Shown: positions 35,100 through 47,355, numbered from the stretch's first letter. The stretch is DNA of 64,000 nt from Sandaracinaceae bacterium (GCA_020633055.1 JACKEJ010000004.1:641914-705913); one strand, 5' to 3'. Notes: a model not told the origin generated them from the letters alone. Translations and numbers: made by a program.

Positions 35100-35570
35100 C
35101 TACCGCAACACGCAACGCTCCGCGACGCAGCGCGCCGTGGGCGGCGGTCCTCCTTCGTCGGGTTGGCACGCGAGTGTCTCCATGACCACGCACTCTTCGA
35201 CGGCGCACTCCTCCTGGTAGCGCAGCCAGGCCTCATGGCTCCAGGCGACGGCATGCTCGGGACAGAAGCCGGTGCAGCAGTCCCGCGGCGTCCCGACCAA
35301 GCAGTCCGCGTCGACCTGACAGATCTGCGGGTCGATCTCGAGACTGGGATCGTTGGGGTCCACGACGTCGCGCGGATGGTCGCGGTCGGCGCAGTCAGGC
35401 TCCGTGCAGTCGGCACCCTCGCACGGCTCGTCGCAGCCCGAACGCTCGGGGGCATCACCCGAGGTGCCCCGGTGCGCCACGTCGCCCGCGCCCGCGCTCG
35501 CTCCGCAACCGGCGAGGCCGCCCACGACGAACCCGAACGTGGCCAGCAGGAGCATGCAGTGACGCGACAT
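35100..35570 (-). CDS. small Cys-rich lipoprotein
   Basis: Signal peptide with lipobox LAGC. 14 Cys in 156 aa. Acidic composition. Confidence 0.6.
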   Translation of the reverse strand: MSRHCMLLLATFGFVVGGLAGCGASAGAGDVAHRGTSGDAPERSGCDEPCEGADCTEPDCADRDHPRDVVDPNDPSLEIDPQICQVDADCLVGTPRDCCTGFCPEHAVAWSHEAWLRYQEECAVEECVVMETLACQPDEGGPPPTARCVAERCVLR

Positions 35571-35688
35571 CGCTCCGTTCTACCAGACGCGCGCGCCGCC
35601 CACACGTGCTGGGCACGTATGCCCGGCCGACCGACGGCAGCACACCTCGGGACGCGCTCGGGCTTTCGCTGGACGCGCGTGGTGCACT

Positions 35689-36186
35689 ATGCTGGACGGC
35701 ACCATGGCCCGCTCCGTGTCGCGCTTGTTCCATACCGTCGTCGTCGTGGGCGCGTCGCTTTCGGCCTGCGACGGGCGAGGTGGTGCGGGGCCAGCGTCCG
35801 GGAGCGTGACAGCGCCTTCCGTCACGTCATCGGCGCCGGAAGCCGACGACGGCGCACCCGTGGAGGGCTCCGACGGTACCCCCGCTGCCGCCGCGCAGGC
35901 CGAACCCGGCGCGGGCGCAGCGAGCGCCTCCGCGCCGCCGGCAGGCAACACGCCGAGCGCTGAGGCACCTGGTGCAGACGAACCCGCCCGAGGAGATGGC
36001 ACGACCGCCGAGGCGAGCCGCGACGCCGTCGGTGGGGATGTGGCGACGGACGAGCGCGTCGCGGCGCCCACCATGCGCGCGCGCCCACGCCCCGTGACGA
36101 CCACGCCGGACACGCACGCCAGCCGCATGGACGCGTGCCCGCCGGGCTCGGAGCGCCCGTTCCCACCCTGCTACCACATCCTGTGA
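35689..36186 (+). CDS. low-complexity Ala/Pro/Gly-rich lipoprotein (putative)
   Basis: Signal peptide with lipobox LSAC. Remainder is low complexity. Confidence 0.45.
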   Translation: MLDGTMARSVSRLFHTVVVVGASLSACDGRGGAGPASGSVTAPSVTSSAPEADDGAPVEGSDGTPAAAAQAEPGAGAASASAPPAGNTPSAEAPGADEPARGDGTTAEASRDAVGGDVATDERVAAPTMRARPRPVTTTPDTHASRMDACPPGSERPFPPCYHIL

Positions 36187-36956
36187 CGCGCCCCGTGCGC
36201 GCCACAGGCGCCGTGTCCGCCCACGGCTTGCCCCGCAGCGACCCCAGCGTGGACGCCCTGTCGGACGCGCTGCGTCAGACCATCGCGCAGCACTGGACAC
36301 GCAGGGTCACTTCCGAGCTGCAGGTCTCCTACTCGTTCGAGGCGCTGCTACCACGCCTGCGCGTGCTCGACGCCGACGCCACCGTGCTGGCCATGGTGGC
36401 GCGCTCCGCCACCGAGGAGCAGCGTCACGCCGAGCTGTGCCTGCATCTGGCCAACGTTTACGCAGGCAGACGGGTGGACGTGCCCCCCGTGCCGTTCGCG
36501 CTCCCGTCGTTCGGCTTCGACGACGAGCACCTGGAGGTGGCGTTGCACATCGCCGGCCTGTGCTGCATCAACGAGACCATGGCCACGGCGTACCTGGAGC
36601 ACAGCCTGGCCCTCGCCACGGCCCCCATCGCCGTCGCCGCGCATCGGGCGCACCTGCGTGAGGAGGTGGACCACGCACGCCTCGGGTGGGCACACTTGGC
36701 CTCTCCGGCCGTGTCGGACGAGACCCGCGCAGCGCTCGCCCGCTGCGTGCCACGCCTGCTGGACGCCAACGTGCCGCTGTGGGAGCGCCCAGACGCCTTC
36801 CTGCCAAGTGCGGGAGTCCCCGATCATGGGCTGCCGAGCCACGCCGACTGTGTGCGCGTGGCCCGCGCCGCCGTGAACGAGCTGGTGCTGCCGGGGTTCC
36901 GGCACGTGAGGGTGCCCGTGGGTGCGTGGCGCAATGCGCTTCCTGGCCGCGACTGA
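36184..36956 (+). CDS. ferritin-like di-iron motif protein (putative)
   Basis: Two E-x-x-H motifs (EEQRHAELC, EEVDHARLGW) spaced as in four-helix-bundle di-iron proteins. Start is uncertain; the ORF opens at 36135. Confidence 0.5.
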
Positions 36957-36971
36957 TACAGTCGTCCCTCC

Positions 36972-37870
<899 letters not shown>

Positions 37871-37874
<4 letters not shown>

Positions 37875-39760
37875 CGCCACCGCGGCTCCGCACCCTGGTG
37901 GTCGCCGCCGACCCCGCCGCCGCGAGCTTCGCGGACCGCGTGCTGCGCGACCACGGCGACGAGGTGACCATCGCCGTGGACGTACCCGACGCGCTGGCCC
38001 AACTCACCCGCTCCGAGCACCAGCTGGCGCTGGTGTCCCTGTCACTGCCCCGCGGCGACGGGCTCGCGCTGGTGCATCACATTCGTGCGCTGCACCCCGA
38101 CGTGGACGTGGTTGTCATGACCGCCCCGAGCGAGCTGGCCGACACGGCACACGCGCTTGCGCTGGGTGTGCTGCAGAGCGTCATGCTCCCACTGACGGGT
38201 GACGCGCTCCTGGTGGCCGCGGACCGCTGCCGCGAGCGGCGCATCCTGGTGGAGGAGCGGAAACGCTTGGCGGCCGAGGGGGAGCTCAGCCAGAAGCGCA
38301 CCGCCACCTACGCCCGATGCGCGGCGTTCGTCGCCGAGACCGACCCCACCGTGGTGGGCGCGCGCGTGCTCGACGCGTGCGTGGCGGAGTGCAGCGCCAG
38401 CACGGGGGCGCTCTACGCGCCCGCCTACCTGGGCGCCAACGACTACGCGCGCGTCGCGACGCACGGTGAGCGCACGCGCTTCCCGGGCGTGCTCACGCAG
38501 GAGGAGCTGCTGGAGCTGGACCCCACGCGGGCGGTGGTCGTCGAGCGCGAGCGGCGCGCCGATGTCACGCGCGACGTGGTGCGCGTGGCGCTGATGGGCA
38601 CGGCCGAGCTGGACGCCGTGCTGCTGCTCGAGTGTGAGCGCGTCGACACTGCGGGATTGGCGGGCCTCGAGGTCATCGCCGGGCTGGGCACGGCTGCGAT
38701 GACCGCCGCGCGACGGGTGGACGCCATTGCGCGCTCGGGCATCAAGGATCCCGAGACCAGCGCCTACACCTTCGCGTACTTCGGCGACGTCGCCGGGCGC
38801 GAGATCGATCGCGCCGCGCGCCACCAGCGGCGCTTCTCGCTCTTGATCGTCAACCTGGACGGCGTGGAGGCGGCGCGCCCGCAGCTCGACCCGGAGACCC
38901 TGCTCGACTTCCGGCGGCTCCTGAGCGACGCGCTGCTCGAGACGGTGCGCGACTCCGACGTGCTCGCGCGCGTGGAGGACGACGAGTACTACGTGCTGCT
39001 GCCCGAGACGGGCCTGCTGGGAGCCCTGGCCGCGAAGCGCCGCATCGAGTCGCGCTTCAACGAGCTGACGGAGCTGGCCCGCTTTCAGGCGGCGAGCGGG
39101 GTGGACCCGGTCGTCGGTATTGCCGTGTTCCCGTCGGACGGGGGTGACCTGGGGCGCCTGCTGCGCGTGGGCCGCCGCCGCGCCGAGCAGTCGCGGGCCG
39201 GTGTGTTCCGGCGCATGGGGCTCGCGCGCATGCCGTTCTGGGAAGCCATCGACCTGTTGCTGGGGGACCCCGCGGACGTCACCTTCCCGCCCGAAGGCGG
39301 CGTGAAACTGCACGAGGACCTGGAGCGCAACCACGACGCGCAGGGGCTCGCGCAGCACGTCGTGCTCCCGCGCGAGCTGCTGCCCCGGGTGGCGCGCACG
39401 CTCATCGGAGACGCCACTCGGCATCGCGCCGTGGGCACGCTGTACGCGGCCGGAGACCCTGGGATGGTGGCCGCGCTGGCGGACGCGGTGGGAGCCGAGC
39501 CGTCCACCGTGCGCGCCTGGGTGCTGGGCGGGGAAGCGGGTGCGCCGGGGAGTGAGCTGCGCCTCCCGGTCGCCGACGAGCGGCTGCGCGAGGGCGTGGT
39601 GCTGCTCGCGCTGAGCGAGATCGGCGGCTACATGCTGGTGGGGCGCAGCCTCCCCAACGGGTCGCTGCTGGCGTACCACGCCGCCGACCTCGACCTGGTG
39701 GACGGGCTCATCACCGCGCTACAGGCCGCCTATCATCTGCAGCCGGAGGTGCGCGTATGA
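37871..39760 (+). CDS. response regulator with REC, GAF-like and degenerate GGDEF domains
   Basis: Start overlaps the dapF stop (ATGA). N-terminal REC (LVVAAD...DVVVMTA). The GGDEF-like region has RVEDDEYYVLLPE in place of GGDEF, so it is probably a non-catalytic c-di-GMP-related domain. Confidence 0.8.
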
Positions 39761-41175
39761 AGGGCCGCGTCTTGGTGGTGGACGGCAACTACGACACGCT
39801 GGTCGCGTTGGCGGCGGCGCTGCGGGCGCGCGACCACCACGTGGCGCTCGCGACGGACGGACGCTCCGGTCTGCAACACGCGGTCGAGACAAGCGCCGAG
39901 GTGGTGCTGGTGGACCGGGACCTGCCGGTGCTGGACGTGCGCACGTTCCTCGAGGTGCTGCGTGACAACCCGCGCACCAGCGACGCCCACGTGTTCATCA
40001 TGGGCGAGGGCGACCCGGCACGCCTGAGCGCCATCGACGCGCTGGCCGAACCCATCGTGAAGCCTTTCAACGCGGAGGAGATCGCCCGCCGCGTGGACGA
40101 GGTCATCACGCGGCGCCGAGCCCCGCGCGGTGCAGACGACCTGAAGGGCGACCTGTCGCAGGTGGCCCTGTTCGACCTGCTGCAGGTGTTCTCGCAGAAC
40201 CGCCGGACGGGCAAGCTGGAGGTCCACGCAGGCGGCGGGGTGGGCGCCATCTGGCTGTTGGAGGGGCGCATCGTCGACGCCGTGTTCGGGCAAGCGATGG
40301 GCGAGAAGGCGGTCTACCGCGTGCTCGCCCTGCGCGAGGGGCGCTTCCTGTTCCAGCCCGAGACGCGCAGCGTGGCGCAGCGCATCGCGCTGCCGGTGGA
40401 CCACCTCCTGATGGAAGCCGTGCGCCGCGTGGACGAGTCGGTGCGCGTGCGCTCGGAGCTGCCGGCGCTGAGCGCGCTGGTGTACGAGCGCAGCCACGAC
40501 GGCCCCGACGACCCGGTGGTGGCTGCCATTCGCAAGCACCTCGACGAGCCGCGCAGCATCGAGGAGCTGCTCGACCTGGTGCCCGGGCACGACCTCGAGA
40601 CCCTCAAGGCCATCCTCGCGCTGCAAGAGGCGGACGCGATCGAGATCGACGCCTCCCAGGGACAGGTGGCTTTCTGCGCAGAGCACGAGGTGGCGGCCAT
40701 GCGCGCGGCGGCGATTCGCCTGCGGCGCGCTGGGGGCGAGGGGGCCGTGCGTTTGGGGGTCGTCGCGCGCAGCAGCGAGGACGTCCTGCGCTTCAGCCGC
40801 GCGCTGCAGTCGGTGCGTGAGTTCGCGGCGGCCGCCGACGCTGCGGAGAGCGCGGGCGACGCACTGTTGGGCCCGCTCGGCACCATCCGCTTCGGCGGAA
40901 CGGACCTCGAGCTGTTCGCGCTGCCGCACGACCAGGCCTACCGGCCACTGTACGGCGCGGTGCTGGCCACGGCGCGTGTGGCCATCCTGCTCGGCACGCG
41001 ACCCGCAGACGCTCCCTTGCGTGAGCTGTGCGAGACGCTCGACGTGCGCCTGGTGCACGTGCCGCGCGGCTTCGAGTACGCCTCCGGCGCGACGTTCGCG
41101 GTGCGCGAGGCGCTCGGGACGCTCCCCACGGGCCCCGGCGACTACACGCCCGCGTCGGGCATGCAGCGGCTCTGA
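39757..41175 (+). CDS. response regulator with REC and DUF4388 domains
   Basis: Start overlaps the previous stop. REC (MKGRVLVVDGNYDT...DRDLP) followed by a DUF4388 signature (GDLSQVALFDLLQVFSQNRRTGKLEV...GAIWLLEGRIVDAVFG). Confidence 0.8.
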   Translation: MKGRVLVVDGNYDTLVALAAALRARDHHVALATDGRSGLQHAVETSAEVVLVDRDLPVLDVRTFLEVLRDNPRTSDAHVFIMGEGDPARLSAIDALAEPIVKPFNAEEIARRVDEVITRRRAPRGADDLKGDLSQVALFDLLQVFSQNRRTGKLEVHAGGGVGAIWLLEGRIVDAVFGQAMGEKAVYRVLALREGRFLFQPETRSVAQRIALPVDHLLMEAVRRVDESVRVRSELPALSALVYERSHDGPDDPVVAAIRKHLDEPRSIEELLDLVPGHDLETLKAILALQEADAIEIDASQGQVAFCAEHEVAAMRAAAIRLRRAGGEGAVRLGVVARSSEDVLRFSRALQSVREFAAAADAAESAGDALLGPLGTIRFGGTDLELFALPHDQAYRPLYGAVLATARVAILLGTRPADAPLRELCETLDVRLVHVPRGFEYASGATFAVREALGTLPTGPGDYTPASGMQRL

Positions 41176-41260
41176 GCGCGCACACGGCTGGGCGGAGGCG
41201 AGGGGCGCGCGGCGCCTCGGAGCCGCGGCCGCGGCAGCGCTCCCGGACGACCCGGGTGAC

Positions 41261-42328
41261 TCAGGTGTACGAGAGGTTGCGCTCGAAGTCCGACGGGCTG
41301 GTGGCCGCGCTGAGGGCGACCTCCTTGGTGATGTGCCCGCCCTTCATGAGGTCCACGAGGTGCTGGTCGAAGGACTGCATCTTGTACTGGATGCGGCTCT
41401 TCTCGATGAGGTCCTTGATGGACATGGAGCCCGGCTTGGCGATGGCCTCGCGGATCGAGCCCGTGCACAGCATGATCTCCTGCGCCACGACCATGCCCGA
41501 CCCGTCGCGTCGGGGCAGCAGGCGCTGCGAGACGGTGGAGTGCAGGTTCTGCGCGAGGCGCTGGCGCACCTGCTCCTGCTCCTCGGCCGGGAACACGCCG
41601 AGGATGCGGCCGATGGTCTTGGTGGCGTCGGTGGTGTGCACCGTGCTGAACACCAGGTGGCCCGTCTCGGCCGCCTTGAGCGCGATGTCGATGGACTCGG
41701 CGTCGCGCATCTCGCCCACCAGGATGACGTCCGGGTCCTGACGCAGCGCGGCGCGCAGGCCGATGTTGAAGCTGGCCGTGTCCACGCCGATCTCGCGCTG
41801 CGAGATGGACGAGCGCTTGTTGGCGTGCAGGAACTCGATCGGGTCCTCGATGGTGAGGACGTGCGCCATGCGCGTCTCGTTGATGTGGTTCACCATCGCG
41901 GCGAGCGTGGTGGACTTGCCCGAGCCGGTGGTGCCCGTGACCAACACGAGGCCGCGGTCGGCGTCGGCGATGGTCTCGATCACGGGCGGCAGGCCGAGCT
42001 TGCCGATGGTGGGCGCCTCGGTGGGGATGATGCGCAGCACGAGGCCGTACGTCTCACGCTGGCGGTAGATGTTGACGCGGAAGCGCGCGATGCCCGGTAG
42101 CTGGTAACTCGAGTCCACCTCTTGGGTGTGCTCCCCGGAGCGCATGCGCGGCCCCGCGATGAGCCGCGCGAGCGTCTCCGTGGCAGCCGCCGTGAGCGGG
42201 TCGGCCTTGAGCGGGACCAGCTGCGTGTTGACCCGGTAGTACGGCGGAGCACCGGGACGAAAGTGCACGTCGCTCGCGCCGTGACGAACGCCCGCCTCGA
42301 GCAGGGCGTGCAGGATGGTCTCGTTCAT
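41261..42328 (-). CDS. pilT: type IV pilus twitching-motility ATPase PilT
   Basis: MNETILHALLEAGVRHGASDVHF..., Walker A GTTGSGKSTT, and the PilT-specific AIRNLIRE-like region (SIREAIAKPGSMSIKDLIEKS). 355 aa from Met MNETI. Confidence 0.9.
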   Translation of the reverse strand: MNETILHALLEAGVRHGASDVHFRPGAPPYYRVNTQLVPLKADPLTAAATETLARLIAGPRMRSGEHTQEVDSSYQLPGIARFRVNIYRQRETYGLVLRIIPTEAPTIGKLGLPPVIETIADADRGLVLVTGTTGSGKSTTLAAMVNHINETRMAHVLTIEDPIEFLHANKRSSISQREIGVDTASFNIGLRAALRQDPDVILVGEMRDAESIDIALKAAETGHLVFSTVHTTDATKTIGRILGVFPAEEQEQVRQRLAQNLHSTVSQRLLPRRDGSGMVVAQEIMLCTGSIREAIAKPGSMSIKDLIEKSRIQYKMQSFDQHLVDLMKGGHITKEVALSAATSPSDFERNLSYT

Positions 42329-42487
42329 GAGCGCGATGGTACCCGGTTTGGCGCGCGCTTGACGAGCCCAGGCACGGCGGAGCCCCATCGCGGCACCGCC
42401 GTGCCCGCCCACGAGCGACCGCCCACCGGGCGGACGACGCGCCGCGCTGCCGAAGCCGCGAGCGTCGTGACGACCGCGTCCGAGCGA

Positions 42488-43492
42488 TCAGAGCCCCAGG
42501 CTGCGCCCGAAGGTGATGTGGGCCTGATGTGCCTCCTCCGTGTAGTGGTGGATGACGGACCCAACCAGCAGCCCGACGACCGACACCGCCAGACCCGCGG
42601 CCGCCGCCGTACCGACCGCGACGTTGGCCACCCCGTGCGCGAGGTGACCGAGCTCGCCGACGACGTGGGCTGCCTCGGCCAGCTGGAGCGCGCTGTGCAC
42701 GTGCGCGCCGGGCGCCTCGGTACGCGCCCCGGCCGTGACGCCGGAGCTGTCGGCGGCGCCTTGCAGGTTCAGGCGGCGGGCCGCGCGCGACGCAGCGTCC
42801 GGGAACTCACCCGGCTGCCAGCTCTGGCCGCGCATGCGGTTCACGAACGTGCGCAGCCCATCCGCGCTGTGGGCGATCGCCGCGCGCGCGCGCTCCAGGT
42901 CGGCGGCGTCTCCACGGATGCCCAGCAGCTGCGCCTCGACGTGCTCGGGCGTGCCCGGCCGCGCGTTGCGCAAGCTCTCGAGACGCCCGGGCAAGCCGTC
43001 ACTCAGCTGTTGGAGGCCTGCTAGGCGCGCGGCCACCACGGTCTCCGCTTCCTGCACGATGCCCTGACGGACGCGCGCGCCGGCCACCTCTTCCACCATG
43101 CCCTGCATGGTCGCAGCGTCGAGGCCGGTGCTGAGGTGGCGCAGCCCGGTCGCCTGATGTTCGAGCGCGCGCTCGAGATCTCCCTCCAGGCGCACGGCGC
43201 CGACGTTGGCGAGCGAGGAGAGCGCGGCCGGCTGCGCCCCGAGGTGCTCGCGCAGCGCAGCGGGGCCGTCTTCCAGGTAGATGCGCACCGCAGCGTCGAT
43301 GGCGGCGCGATAGGCGGCGTCCGTGGTCTGGGCCGCCGGGCGAGCGGCCTGCAGGCTGTGGACGTCGGCGGCGGCGTCCTGTTGGACGGTGGACGGCGCA
43401 GCCGGGGTGGCTGCGGTCGGCGGCGGGGGAGCGGCGGCCCCCGAGGCGGCGGCGTGTGTGGTGGGGCGGATGTGGACGGGCGTGATGGACAT
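42488..43492 (-). CDS. hypothetical protein with C-terminal TM helix
   Basis: 334 aa. Ala/Pro-rich N-terminus, helical middle, hydrophobic segment LAVSVVGLLVGSVI near the C-terminus. No recognised domain. Confidence 0.5.
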   Translation of the reverse strand: MSITPVHIRPTTHAAASGAAAPPPPTAATPAAPSTVQQDAAADVHSLQAARPAAQTTDAAYRAAIDAAVRIYLEDGPAALREHLGAQPAALSSLANVGAVRLEGDLERALEHQATGLRHLSTGLDAATMQGMVEEVAGARVRQGIVQEAETVVAARLAGLQQLSDGLPGRLESLRNARPGTPEHVEAQLLGIRGDAADLERARAAIAHSADGLRTFVNRMRGQSWQPGEFPDAASRAARRLNLQGAADSSGVTAGARTEAPGAHVHSALQLAEAAHVVGELGHLAHGVANVAVGTAAAAGLAVSVVGLLVGSVIHHYTEEAHQAHITFGRSLGL

Positions 43493-43647
43493 GAGCGGCT
43501 CCGAGAGGAGAGAGCGAAGGAGGGACCTGCGCCGTTCTCGTGCGCTCGCCGGGGCGATTGCGTCGCCGCACGCATTTTTCCGCCTGCCGCCACGCGCTGC
43601 CGGTGCAGGAACATGGGCGGCGCGCCGAGACGTTGTAGGGTGAACTC

Positions 43648-45963
43648 ATGCTCTGTTCTCCGCTGGTCGTCCGTCCGCACCGCGTCGCGCTCGCCGCGCT
43701 GAGCCTGGTGGCGGCGTGCGTGGGCGTCTCCGCGCAGGACGCCGACACGCCCTCGGCTCCGTCGACCGCGACTGGACGCCCCGTCTCGGCCCCGGCCGGG
43801 GCCGAGACGCCTGTGTTGCGTCCGCCCGTGGAGCCCTCCACCGACGAGGACACGCTGGCAAACCGGGTGCGCGCGCATCGGGACGCCGAGGCCCTCTCCA
43901 TGCTGGACGCACTGCCGGTCGCGGAGCGCCCGCGCGGGGCGCGCTACCTGCGGGGCCGCCTGCTGGAGCGACTGGGGCGTCCCGATGATGCCGCCGCCGC
44001 GCTGGCCGACCTGAGCGACCTGCCGCCCGTGGCGCGCGACGACGCCCGCACCCGGCGCGCCAAGCTGTTGATTCGCGCGCGTCGCTGCCAGGAGGCGCTG
44101 CCGCTGCTCGAGGAGCTGGTGCAGGAGCCTGCCCACGGAGGCCTCGCGCGCTTCCAGCGGGCCGAGTGCGCGCTGCGCCTGGGTGACCACGCAGACGCCG
44201 TGCTGCGGCTCGACGCCGTGCTCGCCGAGGACGCCGGCCCGGTGGACCGCTTCGCGGCGTGGTCGCTGCGCGCCGACGTGGCCGTGGCGCTCGAGGACCG
44301 GGACGGCGCGCTCGAGGCGCTGCACCACGCCCTGCTCGAGCGCCCGGAGCACCGTCTGGCCCGCGCCGCCGCCCGACGCTTCACCGAGCTGGCTGGACAC
44401 CCCCCGGTCTTCACGCCGGAAGAGGCGCTGGCCCGCGCCGAGCGGCTGCTGCGCAAGCGTCACCCGCGCGGCGCGCTCGACGCCCTCGACGGCGTGCCCG
44501 TGCCGAGCGAGGGGGAGCCTCGCGGGCGCTTCCTGCACACGCGCGGCATGGCGCTCTACGCCACCCGACACGACTACGCCGAGGCGGCCACCGTGCTCCG
44601 CGAAGCGGCCACTGCGGGCGGGCCCGAGGCCTTGGACGACGCCTTCCACGCCGCCCGCGCGCTGGCCCGCGCCGACCGTGACGCCGACGCGGTCGTGGCC
44701 TTCCGCGCGCTGGCCGCAGCGAACGGCGGAACGCGGCAGGCGGGACACGCACTGTACCTCGCCGCGTGGCTGGCGCTGCGTCACGACATGCCGGGCGCCG
44801 AGGCCGAGATGCGCGCGTTCGTCGAGCACCGCGACGCCCGTCGGGTGCCCGAGCTGCGCCGGGGCGCGCTGTTCCAGCTGGGGCTGAGCGCGTTCGAGGG
44901 GGGCCGCCACGCTGATGCGGCCGAGCTCTTCGCGCGCTACGCCGAAGGCGGCGGCGGCATCATGGAGGCGGGTCGGGGCCACTACTGGCGCGGACGGGCG
45001 CTCGAAGCGGGAGGCAACAGCGCAGCGGCGGCGCTGGCCTACGAGCGCGTGCGCCAAGAAGAGCCACTGCACTGGTACTCGCTGCTGGCCGAGGCGCACC
45101 TGAGCCAGCTCGGGCGACCCGTGAGCAGCCCGTTCGTCGGCGGTGGGCGCCCGCGCAGCGAGACGCCGCACACGCTGGCGTGGCCCAACGTGCCGGACGA
45201 CGCCGTGTTCTTCGCCACGCTCGGCCTGACGGACGACGCGGCCGAGGTGGTGCAGGCGCGCGCCAACGCCATTCGCTCCAGCGCTCCACGCGGGCGGCGG
45301 GTGGAGTGGCTGGTGGCGGCGTATCGTGCCGTGGGCGCCACGTCCTCGGCCTTTCGCCTGGCCGCCCTCCAACACGACGAGCTGAGCCGCCCACCGGCGG
45401 ACGACAACCGCTGGGCCTGGGAGGCCGCCTACCCCCGCCCCTACGCGGGCGAGGTCCGCCGCATCGCCGCCGAGCACGACCTGTCGCCCGCCTACGTGTG
45501 GGCCAGCATGCGGCAAGAGAGCGCCTACAACCCCAGCGTCACAAGCCACGCCGGGGCCGTGGGCCTGCTGCAGATGATGCCCGAAAACGCACGGCGGCGC
45601 GCGCGGGCGCTGGGCATCCGCTACCGCGCGGGCGTGCTGCTGGACCCGGTCGTGAACCTGCGCTTCGGCATCGACGAGATCCAACAGCACTACGCGCGCT
45701 ACGAGCGCCAGATGCCGCTCAGCATCGCGGCCTACAACGCGGGACACGCCAAGGTGAGCGAGTGGCTGGCGCGCACCCCCGGCGAGGTCGACGTGGACCT
45801 GTTCGTCGAGCACATCCCCTTCGACGAGACGCGCAACTACGTGCGCCGGGTGACCAGCCACTACGCGCGCTACCGCTACCTGGAGGCGCCGCAGCAGCCA
45901 TTCGTGCTGCCGCTGCGCGTGCGCGCCCCGCGCGAAGCGCCTGCGGACGGCACGGCCCACTGA
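43648..45963 (+). CDS. slt: soluble lytic murein transglycosylase (Slt70-like)
   Basis: Signal peptide, TPR-like superhelical N-terminal region, and a C-terminal SLT catalytic motif (YVWASMRQESAYNPSVTSHAGAVGLLQMMPENA... AYNAG). Confidence 0.85.
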   Translation: MLCSPLVVRPHRVALAALSLVAACVGVSAQDADTPSAPSTATGRPVSAPAGAETPVLRPPVEPSTDEDTLANRVRAHRDAEALSMLDALPVAERPRGARYLRGRLLERLGRPDDAAAALADLSDLPPVARDDARTRRAKLLIRARRCQEALPLLEELVQEPAHGGLARFQRAECALRLGDHADAVLRLDAVLAEDAGPVDRFAAWSLRADVAVALEDRDGALEALHHALLERPEHRLARAAARRFTELAGHPPVFTPEEALARAERLLRKRHPRGALDALDGVPVPSEGEPRGRFLHTRGMALYATRHDYAEAATVLREAATAGGPEALDDAFHAARALARADRDADAVVAFRALAAANGGTRQAGHALYLAAWLALRHDMPGAEAEMRAFVEHRDARRVPELRRGALFQLGLSAFEGGRHADAAELFARYAEGGGGIMEAGRGHYWRGRALEAGGNSAAAALAYERVRQEEPLHWYSLLAEAHLSQLGRPVSSPFVGGGRPRSETPHTLAWPNVPDDAVFFATLGLTDDAAEVVQARANAIRSSAPRGRRVEWLVAAYRAVGATSSAFRLAALQHDELSRPPADDNRWAWEAAYPRPYAGEVRRIAAEHDLSPAYVWASMRQESAYNPSVTSHAGAVGLLQMMPENARRRARALGIRYRAGVLLDPVVNLRFGIDEIQQHYARYERQMPLSIAAYNAGHAKVSEWLARTPGEVDVDLFVEHIPFDETRNYVRRVTSHYARYRYLEAPQQPFVLPLRVRAPREAPADGTAH

Positions 45964-46024
45964 GGTCCAGCGCTCCCGGACGACGACCTCGATCCGAACG
46001 CGGGGCTGGCTCGTAGTAGGGCTC

Positions 46025-46651
46025 ATGTCGGCCACCAAGACCATCAGCTCCCGCCCAGCGCCCGCCTTCGACGCTCACGTCAGCCCGGGCGCAGCGCTCG
46101 CAGCTGCTCGCTGCCTCGACCTCGACGGCAACCCGGTGCGCCTCCGGGACGTGTTCGACGACCGTCCTACGGTGGTGACGTTGGTGCGGCAGTTCGGGTG
46201 CCTCTTCTGCCACGAGCTCGTCGCCGAGCTGATCGAGGGCGCCGACGCGATCACGCGCGCGGGGGGCCACCAGGTGATCGTGGGCTCGGGCAGCGTGAAC
46301 CAGGCGCGGAAGTTCGCCGAGCACAAGGGCCTGCCGCGCCCCGACGTCACGCTGCTCACCGACCCCGAGCGCGCCAGCTACGACGCGGCGCTGGTACGCC
46401 GCAGCTGGATCGCCACCTTCCTGCATCCCAGCGCGTGGAGCGCGTACGCGCGCGCACGGCACGACGGGCACGCGATCACCGGGTCCTTCGGCGACGTCCC
46501 TCAGCTCGGCGGCATCTTCGTGGTGCGTCCGCCCGCCACGCTGGTCTTCGAGCACCGCTCACGCTTCGCGGGGGACAACCCGAGCCTCGACGAAGTAGTC
46601 GCCGCCGTCGCACGGCGGCACAGCTGGATGGACGAGCTGACGGTCGCCTGA
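46025..46651 (+). CDS. thioredoxin-fold AhpC/TSA-family (peroxiredoxin-like) protein
   Basis: FGCLFC CxxC-type motif early in the thioredoxin fold. Size and layout resemble AhpC/TSA family 2. Confidence 0.7.
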   Translation: MSATKTISSRPAPAFDAHVSPGAALAAARCLDLDGNPVRLRDVFDDRPTVVTLVRQFGCLFCHELVAELIEGADAITRAGGHQVIVGSGSVNQARKFAEHKGLPRPDVTLLTDPERASYDAALVRRSWIATFLHPSAWSAYARARHDGHAITGSFGDVPQLGGIFVVRPPATLVFEHRSRFAGDNPSLDEVVAAVARRHSWMDELTVA

Positions 46652-46740
46652 CCAACGCCCAGCCTCGAGGACGGGTTGCGCCCGAGGCGGCCCGTGATAC
46701 CCAGGTCGTTGCCACGATGTACGTGGGTGTAAGGAGGTAG

Positions 46741-47355
46741 GTGATGAGAAGAGTTCTCTTCGGACTGGCGCTGGGCGCCGCGCTCATGGGTGCCGGCTGC
46801 GGCAACACAGCGACAGCCATGCGACCTGCCACGGCAGGAACCGACGCGCACGTAGTAGAGGGTCAAGCCGTGGTCGTGTTCGTGCGCCACTCGCGCTTGG
46901 GCAAGAAGGTGTCGTTCCCCATCGTGACGGAGGCCGGCGAGTTCGTGGCCATCCTGCGCGGCAAGATGCACGCGAGCGTGACCGTGCCCGCCGGCCATCA
47001 CCGCTTCGTGGTGCTGGCCGAGAACGCCGAGGTGGTCGAGGTGGACGCCGAGCCGGGTCGCGTGTACGTGGTCGAGACGCGCCCGCGCATGGGCTGGGGC
47101 AAGGCGCGCGTCACAGTCGAAGGCGTGCAGCGCGGCACCGAGCGCTTCGTCGAGGCCCCGGCGTGGATCGCCGATACCCCGGGCTTCGTCCCCGACGCGG
47201 CCGCGGGCGCGGCGTGGGTGGCAGCGCACCGAGAGAACATCATGGAGCGCGTGGCACAGGGCCTCACCGAGTGGGGCAACGGCGACGAGGCGTACCGCGC
47301 CGCGCGCACGCTGCGAGTAGGGGACGGGTACCTGCCAGCCGAGGTGAGCTGGTAG
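46741..47355 (+). CDS. lipoprotein, function unknown
   Basis: Excellent SD (AAGGAGG) upstream. Signal peptide with lipobox LMGAGC. Confidence 0.7.
   Translation: MMRRVLFGLALGAALMGAGCGNTATAMRPATAGTDAHVVEGQAVVVFVRHSRLGKKVSFPIVTEAGEFVAILRGKMHASVTVPAGHHRFVVLAENAEVVEVDAEPGRVYVVETRPRMGWGKARVTVEGVQRGTERFVEAPAWIADTPGFVPDAAAGAAWVAAHRENIMERVAQGLTEWGNGDEAYRAARTLRVGDGYLPAEVSW

Noticed and set aside
43021-46044. 1007-aa ORF on the minus strand
   Set aside because: Antisense to the lytic transglycosylase gene, which has a signal peptide and the SLT catalytic motif. The minus frame is Arg/Pro-rich junk.
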